Source of the DNA: Parcubacteria group bacterium SW_6_46_9
Lineage (GTDB): Bacteria > Patescibacteriota > Minisyncoccia > Phycocordibacterales > SW-6-46-9
DNA length: 41,337 bases
Reading direction: 5' to 3'
Assembly (NCBI GenBank): GCA_003022255.1
Contig: PXPA01000011.1
Span: forward strand, 1 to 41,337
Made by a program: the position numbers and the translations under genes. Of this stretch, positions 24,360-32,931 are shown piece by piece (position 1 is the stretch's first letter; the number at the start of each line of letters is the position of its first letter). The notes below the pieces were generated by a model. The model had not been told where the DNA came from, searched no databases, and was given only the letters and a program-made list of their open reading frames with translations.

Positions 24360-24601
24360 TTAGATGTGTAGGACTCGAACATGGAAAGGGGGCGGGAAAA
24401 CTCCAGTTTTCCCGTGTTGGAAAGCAGTCCGCCGCAGGCGGACGTTGAGAACCGTGGGATAAAACAGAACCTTCTTTCTGTTATATCCGATTCTGCTCTT
24501 GGCGGAAATTTCGAATGTCGAATGTAATGAGACAAGAAATAGGAGGCCTCGAAGAGGTTAAAACGCAGGAGCGAAGCGACGAGTGGTGAGGGTCCTACAG
24601 C
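24360..24601 (-). repeat. inverted member of the repeat family, bounded by inverted tgtaggac / gtcctaca ends
   Basis: The left end is tgtgtaggactcgaac, the reverse complement of a T-arm/acceptor-like gttcgagtcctacaca. The right end is gggtcctacagcacaca. 24565-24595 gcaggagcgaagcgacgagtggtgagggtcc matches the type-B core seen at 33455-33493 and 36830-36870. Confidence 0.5.
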
Positions 24602-24696
24602 ACACACAAATTTTGTTTAAACAATCAAAGAAAAAGGCTCTGCCCGAGAGAGCGGACAGAGCCTGTAGTCGTCCCTGAGTGACAGAGACCGAGAGG

Positions 24697-25323
24697 TCAA
24701 AATGTTCGGGCTAACCCGAACTGGAAAAAGAATTCTTCCTGAGTGATCTCGTACTGTGTTCCGACAATCAGCCCGGTTTTGTTGTTGATTGAATGAGTGT
24801 ATTTTACACCCACCTGCTTAATGATGTAATCAACAGGCTTAAAGTCAACCAACGCAGCACTGAGCGTGAACGGACCTGGAGTGTAAAAAGCCACTACACT
24901 CCGAGCAAAAAACTCCGGACTCATTTCAAATCCAGATTCTTGTGTACCGGCTGACCATTCATGCCAGAGCCATACAGTTAAATTGTCGATCGGGTGGAGG
25001 TTAAGCCGAACCCCGCTCCACGGCACACCGGAAAATTGCCCAACGTTACCCGATATTGTCATCCAGCTTGTTACCGGGTATGTGCGGACGAAGTAAGCTC
25101 GCTCAGAATTGCCTTGAAGCGCGAACCAGTTGCCGGGCTGCTCTTTTTGGTACGTCCAGCGCACATCCAGCCCAGACGTGATAACTCCCGTACCGAAAGT
25201 GACTACTCGAGAACTCAATTCAAACCCACCAACCTCCTCCGGAGCTACCTGGGCAATGGTGTTACCAGGAAAGCTGAGGAAAGCGAGTGCGAGAAAGCAG
25301 AACAAAAAGCAACGAGGATTCAT
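24697..25323 (-). CDS. secreted protein with beta-strand periodicity and a C-terminal Phe (outer-membrane beta-barrel-like)
   Basis: Likely start is ATG at 25323. The signal peptide is MNPRCFLFCFLALAFLSFPGNTIAQ. The mature ~185 aa show alternating hydrophobic patterns and end in FFFQFGLARTF. Confidence 0.55.
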   Translation of the reverse strand: MNPRCFLFCFLALAFLSFPGNTIAQVAPEEVGGFELSSRVVTFGTGVITSGLDVRWTYQKEQPGNWFALQGNSERAYFVRTYPVTSWMTISGNVGQFSGVPWSGVRLNLHPIDNLTVWLWHEWSAGTQESGFEMSPEFFARSVVAFYTPGPFTLSAALVDFKPVDYIIKQVGVKYTHSINNKTGLIVGTQYEITQEEFFFQFGLARTF

Positions 25324-25534
25324 TGGAGGGTGCTCAGTTGTGAAGGAAGATAACGAACCCTGAACTATGTAAATATTAATACATATAAGCATAATAGTCA
25401 AACTAAACACGTGTCGCTTTCCGCTGGTTTTACATTACTCTCAACCACTAAAATCGCTCCGATGCAGCACTACATTGGCTAAATCTAGTTAGAATGCTTA
25501 TGCCAAGCGTGCTTTAACCAGATGAGCGTCTCTT

Positions 25535-25694
25535 GGGGGTAGAACTTCACTCTAAGAGTATCTCCTCGTCAGCAAGCTGACTCACAGTACAGCATATCTG
25601 AGTTTCAGCTTTGCTGAAGCCGAGGACGACGGGGTGCAGGCTACGAAATTTCTGCATCGAAAGCATTATTTGCAGTCGAATCCTACACCGCCCA
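25535..25694 (+). repeat. contiguous 160-nt copy of the repeat family (degenerate 5' tRNA-like piece, b-core, f-module), ending in a 15/16 copy of the tRNA-Val 3' end
   Basis: The start is gggggtagaacttca. The core is cactctaagagtatctcctcgtcagcaagctgactcacagtacagc. The middle is atatctgagtttcagctttgctgaa..., and the end is tcgaatcctacaccgccca. Just upstream, gagcgtctc equals tRNA-Val nt 21-29. Confidence 0.65.
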
Positions 25695-25787
25695 CCAATT
25701 AATACTTAAGCATTTTTGTTTGATTATATTAGCGTAATATTACATAATATTTTTGTGTCTGTTCCTTTCATAAGAACTTATTCTGAT

Positions 25788-26087
25788 ATGGATAACATCG
25801 ATGTGAGCGAAGTCGAAATATTCGGAAAGAAAGTTGGGAACAAATATGCCAAATTAGTGGTTACTGGAGTTGTTGTAGCGATTTTGATAATCGCTATTAC
25901 AGTTGCTACTGGGACTACCATGCTGCTTCTCAGTGCAGCGGCAGCCCTGGCAATCGCTCTTATACCAGCCCACTTCCTGTTAAGAGCATTGGGAAGAAAG
26001 GGTTTTTTCTACAAGAGCGTGGATCAGGAAACCGGAAAAATAACTGCCGAGTTTGCCCTCAGCAACGCCTTAGATCACGAAAAGTAG
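25788..26087 (+). CDS. small membrane protein
   Basis: ATG at 25788 (MDNIDVSEVEIF...). Two TM segments are LVVTGVVVAILIIAITVA and MLLLSAAAALAIALIPAHFLL. The track ORF starts at an upstream TTG (25716). Confidence 0.5.
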   Translation: MDNIDVSEVEIFGKKVGNKYAKLVVTGVVVAILIIAITVATGTTMLLLSAAAALAIALIPAHFLLRALGRKGFFYKSVDQETGKITAEFALSNALDHEK

Positions 26088-26117
26088 TACGAAGCACCCC
26101 CCTTCACTACCATAAAG

Positions 26118-26150
26118 AGCCTGCCCGCGGTCCAGCGGTCAGGCTTTTTC
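26118..26150 (+). terminator. rho-independent terminator of the 25788-26087 gene
   Basis: The hairpin agcctg-cccgcggtccagcggt-caggct is followed by TTTTT. Confidence 0.7.
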
Positions 26151-26171
26151 TTTCGGGAAACATATAATATC

Positions 26172-26214
26172 AGTGTGCAACACTTAGTCAGTGTGCAACA
26201 CTTAGTGTTGCACA
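26172..26214. repeat. 18-nt tandem duplication agtgtgcaacacttagt(c/g) x2, overlapping a perfect palindrome tgtgcaacac-tta-gtgttgcaca
   Basis: Read directly: 26172-26189 and 26190-26207 are identical at 17/18. The palindrome arms are 26192-26201 and 26205-26214. Confidence 0.6.
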
Positions 26215-26271
26215 GCCGATAGAGAGGCCCGCGGCCACACACTTAACTACTGTTACTGTTCTGGCTCACGA

Positions 26272-26300
26272 TAAAAAAAGGCCGCCGAACGTCGGCGGCC
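26272..26300 (-). terminator. rho-independent terminator of the 26336-27382 gene
   Basis: On the minus strand ggccgccgacgttcggcggcc is followed by TTTTTTT. Confidence 0.8.
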
Positions 26301-26335
26301 CAGGAGTGGGTGCATCACGTGCCAAAACCCCTTGA

Positions 26336-27382
26336 TTAATCCTCTTTAGTCTCGCTTGCGACAGTCGCAGAAATTTCCACTGATTCTACCGCAACCGCGA
26401 AAAGCTCATTAGACACCTCCAGTTCACGCCTGAGGTGCTTGGCTTGCTTTTGCAAACCCAACGCGCCGACGGCGTTATCGGTTTCCGGAGAGTTTTCTAC
26501 TACCTGACTTACCCGCTTTCGGGTTATTGATGGACTGCCCAACTTCTCAGTATTCACCGTATCGCCTTTCTTCACTTTTGGTGTTAAGTGATATACAACG
26601 GTAATATCTAAGCCGTTTACATCTTCAAAGTTTTTTGAGACAGGGGTATCCTCATCGCCAATCTTATACCAGGCGACTGTCTCATTGAACCCAAAAGCAC
26701 TGAACGCCGCCGGCGTTTCAAGAATCCGGGTTACCTCATGAGTATTCCGGTTGGTGACTACTCCAGCATAGTGAGGTAGAGCATCCTCTGGCCCTGGTGC
26801 AACCGAGAAAACAAGCGTAAACAGTGCAATGAGCCCGACCAGCACGCCGGCAGTAATATTTCGACCTGTCTTCTCGCTGGCGGTCATTATCATCAGACCA
26901 AATGCAGCGATCACTGCTCCAAGTACAAACTGGAAAGTGAGCTTGTGTTCAAACACATACGTGAACATCCAGACAACAGCCAAAATAACTGCCGAATAGG
27001 CAATCACGCCGGTAACCGTTGCCGAATTATCCTTTAGCCAATCCAATACCCCGGCAAACAGACTGCCAATCCAGCTTACAAAACTGCTGATATACGCACC
27101 GGCATCTTCGGCTTTCCAGATGAGCCGTCGCCACCCGGACGGGCCTTCTTGCAAGGTGTCCAGCATTCGAGTGGCTTCAGAGTAGGCAATGACTTCTTCT
27201 GCTTCGGCACGCCCGTTGTCTTTACGCTCATGTTGGTCTTCCAGCTGCTCTAGCTTGGTGCGATGCTTCTCCCAGAGTTTCTCTACGTCCGTAAAGCCTG
27301 CTTCTTTCGCCTCTTTTTCTTTTCGTTTTGCAAATCCGATAGGATCTTTCTGATACTTCTGAAACGTCTGACGGTCGATCAT
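26336..27382 (-). CDS. membrane protein: charged N-terminal coil, four TM segments, C-terminal soluble domain
   Basis: 348-aa ORF. The TM cluster is at ~aa 95-200. I cannot confidently assign a family to the C-terminal region. Confidence 0.55.
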   Translation of the reverse strand: MIDRQTFQKYQKDPIGFAKRKEKEAKEAGFTDVEKLWEKHRTKLEQLEDQHERKDNGRAEAEEVIAYSEATRMLDTLQEGPSGWRRLIWKAEDAGAYISSFVSWIGSLFAGVLDWLKDNSATVTGVIAYSAVILAVVWMFTYVFEHKLTFQFVLGAVIAAFGLMIMTASEKTGRNITAGVLVGLIALFTLVFSVAPGPEDALPHYAGVVTNRNTHEVTRILETPAAFSAFGFNETVAWYKIGDEDTPVSKNFEDVNGLDITVVYHLTPKVKKGDTVNTEKLGSPSITRKRVSQVVENSPETDNAVGALGLQKQAKHLRRELEVSNELFAVAVESVEISATVASETKED

Positions 27383-27636
27383 GAGACTGAAAGTGGCTTT
27401 GGAAAGATTGTGTGAGAGTATGGGAGGTTCAAAATCTAATATTATTGTAATTTAATAAATAAAAATGTCAAGTGTTTACCTTGTAATTAGCTGAGCTTTC
27501 ATACCTAGCATAAGCCAGTACATTAATAATAGTGAGCATACTGGCCACAGAAACAAGTTGTGGTAAAAAAGCAGTATCAATACTAGAAAGTGGAAACATA
27601 TTCTCGTATCAACAAGCCCGGCTAGCGTCCGGCAGA

Positions 27637-28287
27637 TTAACTAATATCTTCTCCAAACAACTCTTTGTAAATCCACCGTGCTGATGCAAACCGCTTTGGG
27701 TGGTTATCGCTTTCCAGCACCGTCATAAGATTTTCGTAATACTCAGGATCTCTGCTTTTAATCCGTGGAAACGCGATATAGAAATTATCCTGCCATTCAT
27801 TCTGCAGAATTTGATACCAGTACCGTGTAGAATACGCAACAAAATCCAGCCGGTAAAGATGTGCTATGTGTTTTGATCGCTCGGCCAGACGGTAGTAGGT
27901 TCGGCGCAAGTTATTCTTTTTGCCGTCTATCTCTTTTTGGGTGGCATTAAACCCATCAACATAAAGGGCTTCTGCCAGTTCGAGAATACTTTTGCCAACT
28001 CCATCTGTGTCATGTAAAACTTCCGCGTGCTTTAGTCGACAACCAAACTGACTTTCTACGTCTTGGGTGGTATTGATGGGTAATTGCTTAGACACAATAT
28101 CCAGTTCAGCACCAAATTTACGACCGGTTTCATTCGGTAATTCTTGCGTATCAAACATAAAAATATCCCAGTCGCTGTTTTCTGTTGCCTGCCCAGCCGC
28201 TCGAGAACCGTGCAGTATTAAAGCCTCCGGATCATATTTATCTTTGAGATAAGTGGCAATTTTATCTTTTTTGCTCATATTTGCCAT
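27637..28287 (-). CDS. Pol-beta superfamily nucleotidyltransferase with a helical C-terminal domain
   Basis: LILHGSRAAGQATENSDWDIFMF fits the GS-X9-12-DxD minimal nucleotidyltransferase motif. Confidence 0.65.
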   Translation of the reverse strand: MANMSKKDKIATYLKDKYDPEALILHGSRAAGQATENSDWDIFMFDTQELPNETGRKFGAELDIVSKQLPINTTQDVESQFGCRLKHAEVLHDTDGVGKSILELAEALYVDGFNATQKEIDGKKNNLRRTYYRLAERSKHIAHLYRLDFVAYSTRYWYQILQNEWQDNFYIAFPRIKSRDPEYYENLMTVLESDNHPKRFASARWIYKELFGEDIS

Positions 28288-28378
28288 TATAACTGACGTG
28301 ATTATTACGATCCCTATACTTATTTTCTAACCTCACACCCCGTTATGAGAAGCTTGGTTTATCTTACTGCACGAATAT

Positions 28379-28669
28379 ATGTATACTAAACATATGGCGC
28401 GATACCACCCGGATACATTTCCCAATCTTCCTGACGACCCCAAAGACGACCCGGATGATGAAACTCTTGATGAATGGTTACAAATATTTATGGATAGTGT
28501 GTGGCCAGATGATCAAGGGAAGTTTATGCAGGAAATCAAAAGTAATTACACTGCTGCAATTGAGCATAACGATCTAGAAAAGCTCCAGGATCTTTATGAA
28601 CGTATTGATAAACGCATCAGTTATCTTCGGCCGAAAATGCGTGATACCAAGAAAAAAAACGATTTATAG
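28379..28669 (+). CDS. hypothetical small acidic protein
   Basis: 96-aa ORF, divergent from the NTase gene. I recognise no motif. Confidence 0.4.
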   Translation: MYTKHMARYHPDTFPNLPDDPKDDPDDETLDEWLQIFMDSVWPDDQGKFMQEIKSNYTAAIEHNDLEKLQDLYERIDKRISYLRPKMRDTKKKNDL

Positions 28670-28974
28670 AAAATCTGAAAGTTTTACAAGACAGATTACT
28701 CGAAAAGATAACACGCCCCGAAGAAAAAGGTGAGAGATAGTAAACAATTTAGTTAGGGCCACTCAGACCACTCACAAACACGGCTCTTCCTTGGCTAAAC
28801 TTAGTTGGAGTAACTGCAGAAGGCAAGCCGACTGATACTGGTGCGTGGTTAGCGGAGTCATTTTCGGCCGAACCGGCAGTAATCTTGGTACAGACGGGGG
28901 CTCCACAGTGATGAAAACGACCACAGTAACTACGATCACACCCCATATGTTCGCTGCTTTTCGTGCCGACCAGG

Positions 28975-29574
28975 CTAATTTAGATACGCTTTGAGTTCAC
29001 GTCTGAACTTCCGGTAGGCCTGATCGGGCGTATCTTTCGTGGTGTCCAAAACAGAGTCGGCGTACTGCTTGGTAGCCAAAAGAAACTGTTTTTCCATCGG
29101 TAAAAGCACTTCGTTTACATATTTACGGTCCAATCCACTGCGTTCTTTGCGGCGCCTGAGACGGACACTTTTTTCAGCGGTAACCCACACGGCATAATCA
29201 GTAAGCTTTCTGATTTCGGAATTATAAAGTGATAAAAACCCCTCGATGAACATAACCGGCTGGGGTGCATGCGTGTCATCTCGTTTAGCGCGCCGGATAG
29301 CGGTATAGTGCTCTGGCACCGTCGGGGGCGTGATCGGCCTGCCCTGGCTGAGTGTGGTCATATCATCAGCCAATTGATCCAGCGCAAGTGCATCAGGGTG
29401 ATCAAAGTTATTGTAGCCAGCGTACGCCGGCACCTGGTCGGCTGTTTTGTAGTAGTGGTCGAGCTGAAGGACGCCACGGTTTTCCGGCTCGGCTTCTATC
29501 GATCGGTTGACCAATAGTGACTTCCCCGCACCGGTTGGACCAGCTACTGTGATAAACGTTGAAGTCAAACTCAT
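28975..29574 (-). CDS. udk: uridine kinase / phosphoribulokinase-family nucleoside kinase
   Basis: The motifs are ITVAGPTGAGKS (P-loop), LQLDHYYK, NFDHPDALALDQL, FIEGFL and VRLRRRKER, in the order seen in Udk. Confidence 0.7.
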   Translation of the reverse strand: MSLTSTFITVAGPTGAGKSLLVNRSIEAEPENRGVLQLDHYYKTADQVPAYAGYNNFDHPDALALDQLADDMTTLSQGRPITPPTVPEHYTAIRRAKRDDTHAPQPVMFIEGFLSLYNSEIRKLTDYAVWVTAEKSVRLRRRKERSGLDRKYVNEVLLPMEKQFLLATKQYADSVLDTTKDTPDQAYRKFRRELKAYLN

Positions 29575-29707
29575 TGTCTACAGTATAGTCTACGAAATTT
29601 TTGTGAGCAGTCTATTTCTATGGGATCTGCGAAAACCGAGCGAGTAGAATCAACTGGGTGAGCACCGTGCCAGAGAACCTGGATCATGAGTTCGCCAGAG
29701 CGAAAAC

Positions 29708-29730
29708 ATGTAAGGGCTAAGCCCTTACAT
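29708..29730. repeat. perfect palindrome atgtaagggc-taa-gcccttacat with a flanking cttacatata direct repeat
   Basis: Read directly. On the minus strand it is followed by GTTTTCG, so it could be the terminator of the 29847-30389 gene. cttacatata recurs at 29724-29733 and 29741-29750. Confidence 0.4.
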
Positions 29731-29846
29731 ATACTTACACCTTACATATATTGCTTACTCACCAGAACTTAAAGTCCGCAGCGTTGTGCGAGTTTTTCTG
29801 CTGCTAGAGTTGTCAGTAATTAATAACTCTAGGGTGGTAATGCACT

Positions 29847-30389
29847 CTAGTAATAGTCTGCAGGATCTCCCCCAGAAGCAAAAACACACCCCCTCCAAGA
29901 ACCAGTTGATTTTTTGAAGTACTTGTCACATATTTTCTTGTCACCTTCCTGTTTTACTAAACTCTCCGCACAAGATGAAAGAGCGGTGGATGAATGGGGA
30001 GTAGCATCAATTTTGTCACAGTGTCTTTCGGCAAACTTTCCCATAGCTTGCTGAACCTCTAAAACACATCTGGCATAAATATCATTTTTGGTAATTTTTT
30101 CACATTGATCTATTTGTTCAGATTCAATAGCAAATTCTCTGTAACAGTTATACTCTGCCTCTTTGGCAGAAATTTTGTTAGTATAGTCACGGGCCTCAAA
30201 AACATAACCTTTAGATTTTTTGCACAGGTCAGGATTACGATTGGACACGCTCCGCTCTATGATATCTTGGTTTTTAGCACTTGCCTGCTTGTGAGACAGG
30301 GTTGATGATTTCCGGTTAATTGCAAAATATACCGAAGCGCCAAGAATAATTAGTAAAACTGAAGTAACAATAAGGACCTTACGAAGCAT
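29847..30389 (-). CDS. membrane-anchored or secreted Cys-rich hypothetical protein
   Basis: The N-terminal TM segment is VLIVTSVLLIILGASVYFAI. Eight Cys residues are spread through the mature part. Confidence 0.5.
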   Translation of the reverse strand: MLRKVLIVTSVLLIILGASVYFAINRKSSTLSHKQASAKNQDIIERSVSNRNPDLCKKSKGYVFEARDYTNKISAKEAEYNCYREFAIESEQIDQCEKITKNDIYARCVLEVQQAMGKFAERHCDKIDATPHSSTALSSCAESLVKQEGDKKICDKYFKKSTGSWRGCVFASGGDPADYY

Positions 30390-30452
30390 AAAAAATTTTA
30401 GTTAATTTCTAACAAATATAATTTATTTAACTTTTCTTGTGTAATTATAATA

Positions 30453-30830
30453 TCAACAAGTTGAATGAATCAGCGCCCCAACCGGCTTACCAGACCGCGC
30501 GAACTTATTATACGTCTCAACCGCCTGGTTTGTCTCCTGCACGTACACACCAATTCCACGTTGCTTGAGATGATCAACGACACCGTCTTTTACTTGCAAC
30601 TGCTGATTTTGGCCGGTCGATAGCACAACAATCTCCGCGCCGTTATCTAGAAGTTCTTGGATATCTGCCAGCTGAATGCCCGGCTGGTGGCTGGTGCCGG
30701 TTTCCTTCCAGTCCCACCCGCGGGCACCGCCGGGCCATAATTTCGCATCTTTGAACTCACCTTCAGTGGTTTGCACGGACCCCCATAATAAGTTTGTTAC
30801 TTCCGGTGACTGTGGTGTTGTGCTAGACAT
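30453..30830 (-). CDS. Mth938-domain (DUF498-like) protein
   Basis: Likely start is the internal ATG at 30830, directly after the upstream stop. WGSVQT.EGEFKDAKLWPGGARGWDW...VVLSTGQNQQLQV...GIGVYVQETNQAVETYN matches the Mth938 family pattern as recalled. Confidence 0.6.
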   Translation of the reverse strand: MSSTTPQSPEVTNLLWGSVQTTEGEFKDAKLWPGGARGWDWKETGTSHQPGIQLADIQELLDNGAEIVVLSTGQNQQLQVKDGVVDHLKQRGIGVYVQETNQAVETYNKFARSGKPVGALIHSTC

Positions 30831-30831
30831 A

Positions 30832-31842
30832 TTAGTTATGGACAAATTCCGGTGCCTGCTTACGGTGCTGGTACCACTCAACAACTTTGTGGCCAGCATA
30901 GGCCAGAATAATGAAAGCAAGATACAGCCCAACGTACTCAAGATACGACAAGGATAGATGTTCAAAGGAGTCGACAAATGTAATCGTTGTCCAGGAGGTT
31001 ATGGAAATAACGCCGGCAAGCCCCGCGATTGTCTCCCACGTCTTAGATAGTCCGTCGCCGTCTGGTTTGATTGCGGCAAGCATTTTACGGACCAACGGAC
31101 CAGAAAGCAGAACACCATTGATAATAAGAATGCCGATCACTGTCTGCATGAAAAGCATTTTTGTTGTCGGCGCAAAGCCGCCGATAATAAACAGTGCACT
31201 CGCAAAATCAAACGCCAACCCAAACCAGACAGCGGCACTAATCGTCGGAAAGACAGCAAATATGTGTTCTTTTAAGATATGAGCTCGTTTGGAAAGCAAA
31301 AACAGATAATCGAGCACAATTACTGAACCGAGCGTAAAGATTGAGTGAAACCCATGGCCGATATAAAAGATCTGCTGGCTGTCAAAAGCTTCGCGCCACC
31401 CCGGAAACGACGAGATAAAAAAGCTAATTAAAAATGTGCCAACATAAAAGTACGTAATACTTTCAGCAAACGTATTTGATTTCTTTCCGGGTGCAAAAAG
31501 TATTATTACCGTTGCTACAAGCAAAAGCAAGAAAAGCGGCGTAAGAATTTCAAACGACCGAACAACTTCCGGATTTGTCGGCACATAGGAGATGCCTTCA
31601 TGGGCCGAGGCCGGCAGTGTCACAAGAAGACCGAAATAAGACAGCGACCCGATACCAACCCCAGACACAAAAAGCGGTAGAAGTTGGACAGCAATCCAAT
31701 CATAAATCACACACGGCTTCTCCGTGCTGCAATGAAAATCCTTCCGACTGAACACAAACCCCCATAAGGCGGCCGCACCGGCTAAAGCTATACCAACCTG
31801 TTTTCCAAACAGTAGTAGTTCTGTCAATTCAATGCCAAACAT
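30832..31842 (-). CDS. polytopic membrane protein (about 9-10 TM segments), unknown function
   Basis: 336-aa ORF that is hydrophobic throughout. Confidence 0.6.
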   Translation of the reverse strand: MFGIELTELLLFGKQVGIALAGAAALWGFVFSRKDFHCSTEKPCVIYDWIAVQLLPLFVSGVGIGSLSYFGLLVTLPASAHEGISYVPTNPEVVRSFEILTPLFLLLLVATVIILFAPGKKSNTFAESITYFYVGTFLISFFISSFPGWREAFDSQQIFYIGHGFHSIFTLGSVIVLDYLFLLSKRAHILKEHIFAVFPTISAAVWFGLAFDFASALFIIGGFAPTTKMLFMQTVIGILIINGVLLSGPLVRKMLAAIKPDGDGLSKTWETIAGLAGVISITSWTTITFVDSFEHLSLSYLEYVGLYLAFIILAYAGHKVVEWYQHRKQAPEFVHN

Positions 31843-31843
31843 A

Positions 31844-32113
31844 CTAATCGTTGATTAGCTCTACTGAAAGTAAAACGATACCAAGCAGATACACCGCTTT
31901 GGCGATGTAGTTAAACAAAAACCCGCCACCAAAAGACACGTAGATTACATTTACAAAAAACAATAGTCCGGAAATAATAAGTGCTTTCTCGAAAAACGTT
32001 AGATCTACTGTGATATTATCTTCTGTCATCATTCGTATTATATCAGCCAGATTATGGTTTTGCGGTCTTCGGTTACTGACGAATGTCGCAAACGCGATAT
32101 TCTCCGCGGGCAC
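31844..32113 (-). CDS. small membrane protein
   Basis: 89-aa ORF with two TM segments, abutting the next gene with a 1-nt gap. Confidence 0.45.
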   Translation of the reverse strand: MPAENIAFATFVSNRRPQNHNLADIIRMMTEDNITVDLTFFEKALIISGLLFFVNVIYVSFGGGFLFNYIAKAVYLLGIVLLSVELIND

Positions 32114-32128
32114 TTATTTATTTTGGTG

Positions 32129-32144
32129 GTGCCTCCGGGAGAAA
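32129..32144 (-). repeat. degenerate copy of the tRNA-Arg 3' end, marking the distal boundary of the Arg-linked island
   Basis: gtgcctccgggagaaa matches 33604-33619 gtgcctccggtaggaa at 14/16. It lies 16 nt upstream of the 31844-32113 gene start. Confidence 0.55.
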
Positions 32145-32403
32145 CTTACATAAAAATAACTTGCTCTGGGTTCCTCAACTTTGAAAGCTGTAGTTTTTCA
32201 AAGTTCAACCCTAAACAATGACACCTTTGCGGTTGGTCGATCGTCAACACAGGAACAAGTGTAAATATCTTTTTAGATTTTTACACAACGATTTTATGCA
32301 AAATTATAAAACTTATCCTAACATGTAGTTTTTTTTAAACTATTTCCACATCACTACACGATAAACTAAACTGCATTTGTTAGTTTAGTAATAACAAACT
32401 TGC

Positions 32404-32931
32404 TTAATTATCTTCCCCTTGCGTTTTTTGCTCAACTTTTTCATTCTTTACTCTTTCTGTTTCTTTCCGTTTTTTATATCTTTTCTTTTTCTGGCTCTTT
32501 TTTATGTTTCTCCAGGCCGCCTTTAGAGCTGGGTAACCACTCTGGAAAGCGCCCACGGTGCCAGCAAAAATAAGTGCACCATGGACTTCTGAATTTTCAA
32601 GCGAAGAGGACATAGCTATAAGCGCCGGTATTGCCCACCTGATCCCCTCACTGATACTCTTACCGGCAAATCGGTCAACGCTTTTCTGCAACTCTTCTAA
32701 CTCTGCCTTTTGTTCCGGTGTCAACTCACCAGCAAGTTCTTCTATTTCATCTCCCCACCCCAGATCATTGGCCAGCTCTCGAATATCTCTCCGAATTTCT
32801 TTAAAATTATCAACAGCTGATTGGAGTTCTTTCTCTAGTTCTTCTTCACTCATTTCTGAGATCACTTTTTCCTCCTCTTTATCAGGCAGGCCCTCATCCG
32901 GATGATTGCTGGGAAAGTTTTCTATAGTCAT
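32404..32931 (-). CDS. hypothetical protein: acidic coiled N-terminal half, hydrophobic centre, basic tail
   Basis: 175-aa ORF inside the Arg-linked island. Its start overlaps the stop of a 50-aa upstream ORF (ATGA). Confidence 0.5.
   Translation of the reverse strand: MTIENFPSNHPDEGLPDKEEEKVISEMSEEELEKELQSAVDNFKEIRRDIRELANDLGWGDEIEELAGELTPEQKAELEELQKSVDRFAGKSISEGIRWAIPALIAMSSSLENSEVHGALIFAGTVGAFQSGYPALKAAWRNIKKSQKKKRYKKRKETERVKNEKVEQKTQGEDN

Noticed and set aside
24085-24607. Track ORFs 24085-24333 (-) and 24347-24607 (-)
   Set aside because: They run antisense through tRNA-Val and its trailer, or through the structured repeat. They are better explained as RNA or repeat sequence.
25535-25694. 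tmRNA or another tRNA-like RNA, because the element has acceptor- and T-arm-like ends without an anticodon arm
   Set aside because: There are several copies per 41 kb, at about 160 nt it is too short, and it has no tag ORF or resume-codon context. The ends simply copy the neighbouring tRNA.
26172-26207. A CRISPR array
   Set aside because: There are only two directly adjacent 18-nt units with no spacers and no cas genes. No CRISPR-like array occurs anywhere in the window.
27468-27599. A 43-aa minus-strand ORF in the 27383-27636 gap
   Set aside because: It is very short, has no RBS, and lies in an AT-rich intergenic region that probably holds the promoter of the upstream membrane-protein gene.
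28749-28946. A 65-aa Cys-rich ORF (MGCDRSYCGRFHHCGAPVC...) as a small Zn-binding or RiPP-like peptide gene
   Set aside because: It has no Shine-Dalgarno-like sequence, no recognisable partner genes and no motif. I could not support it from the sequence alone.
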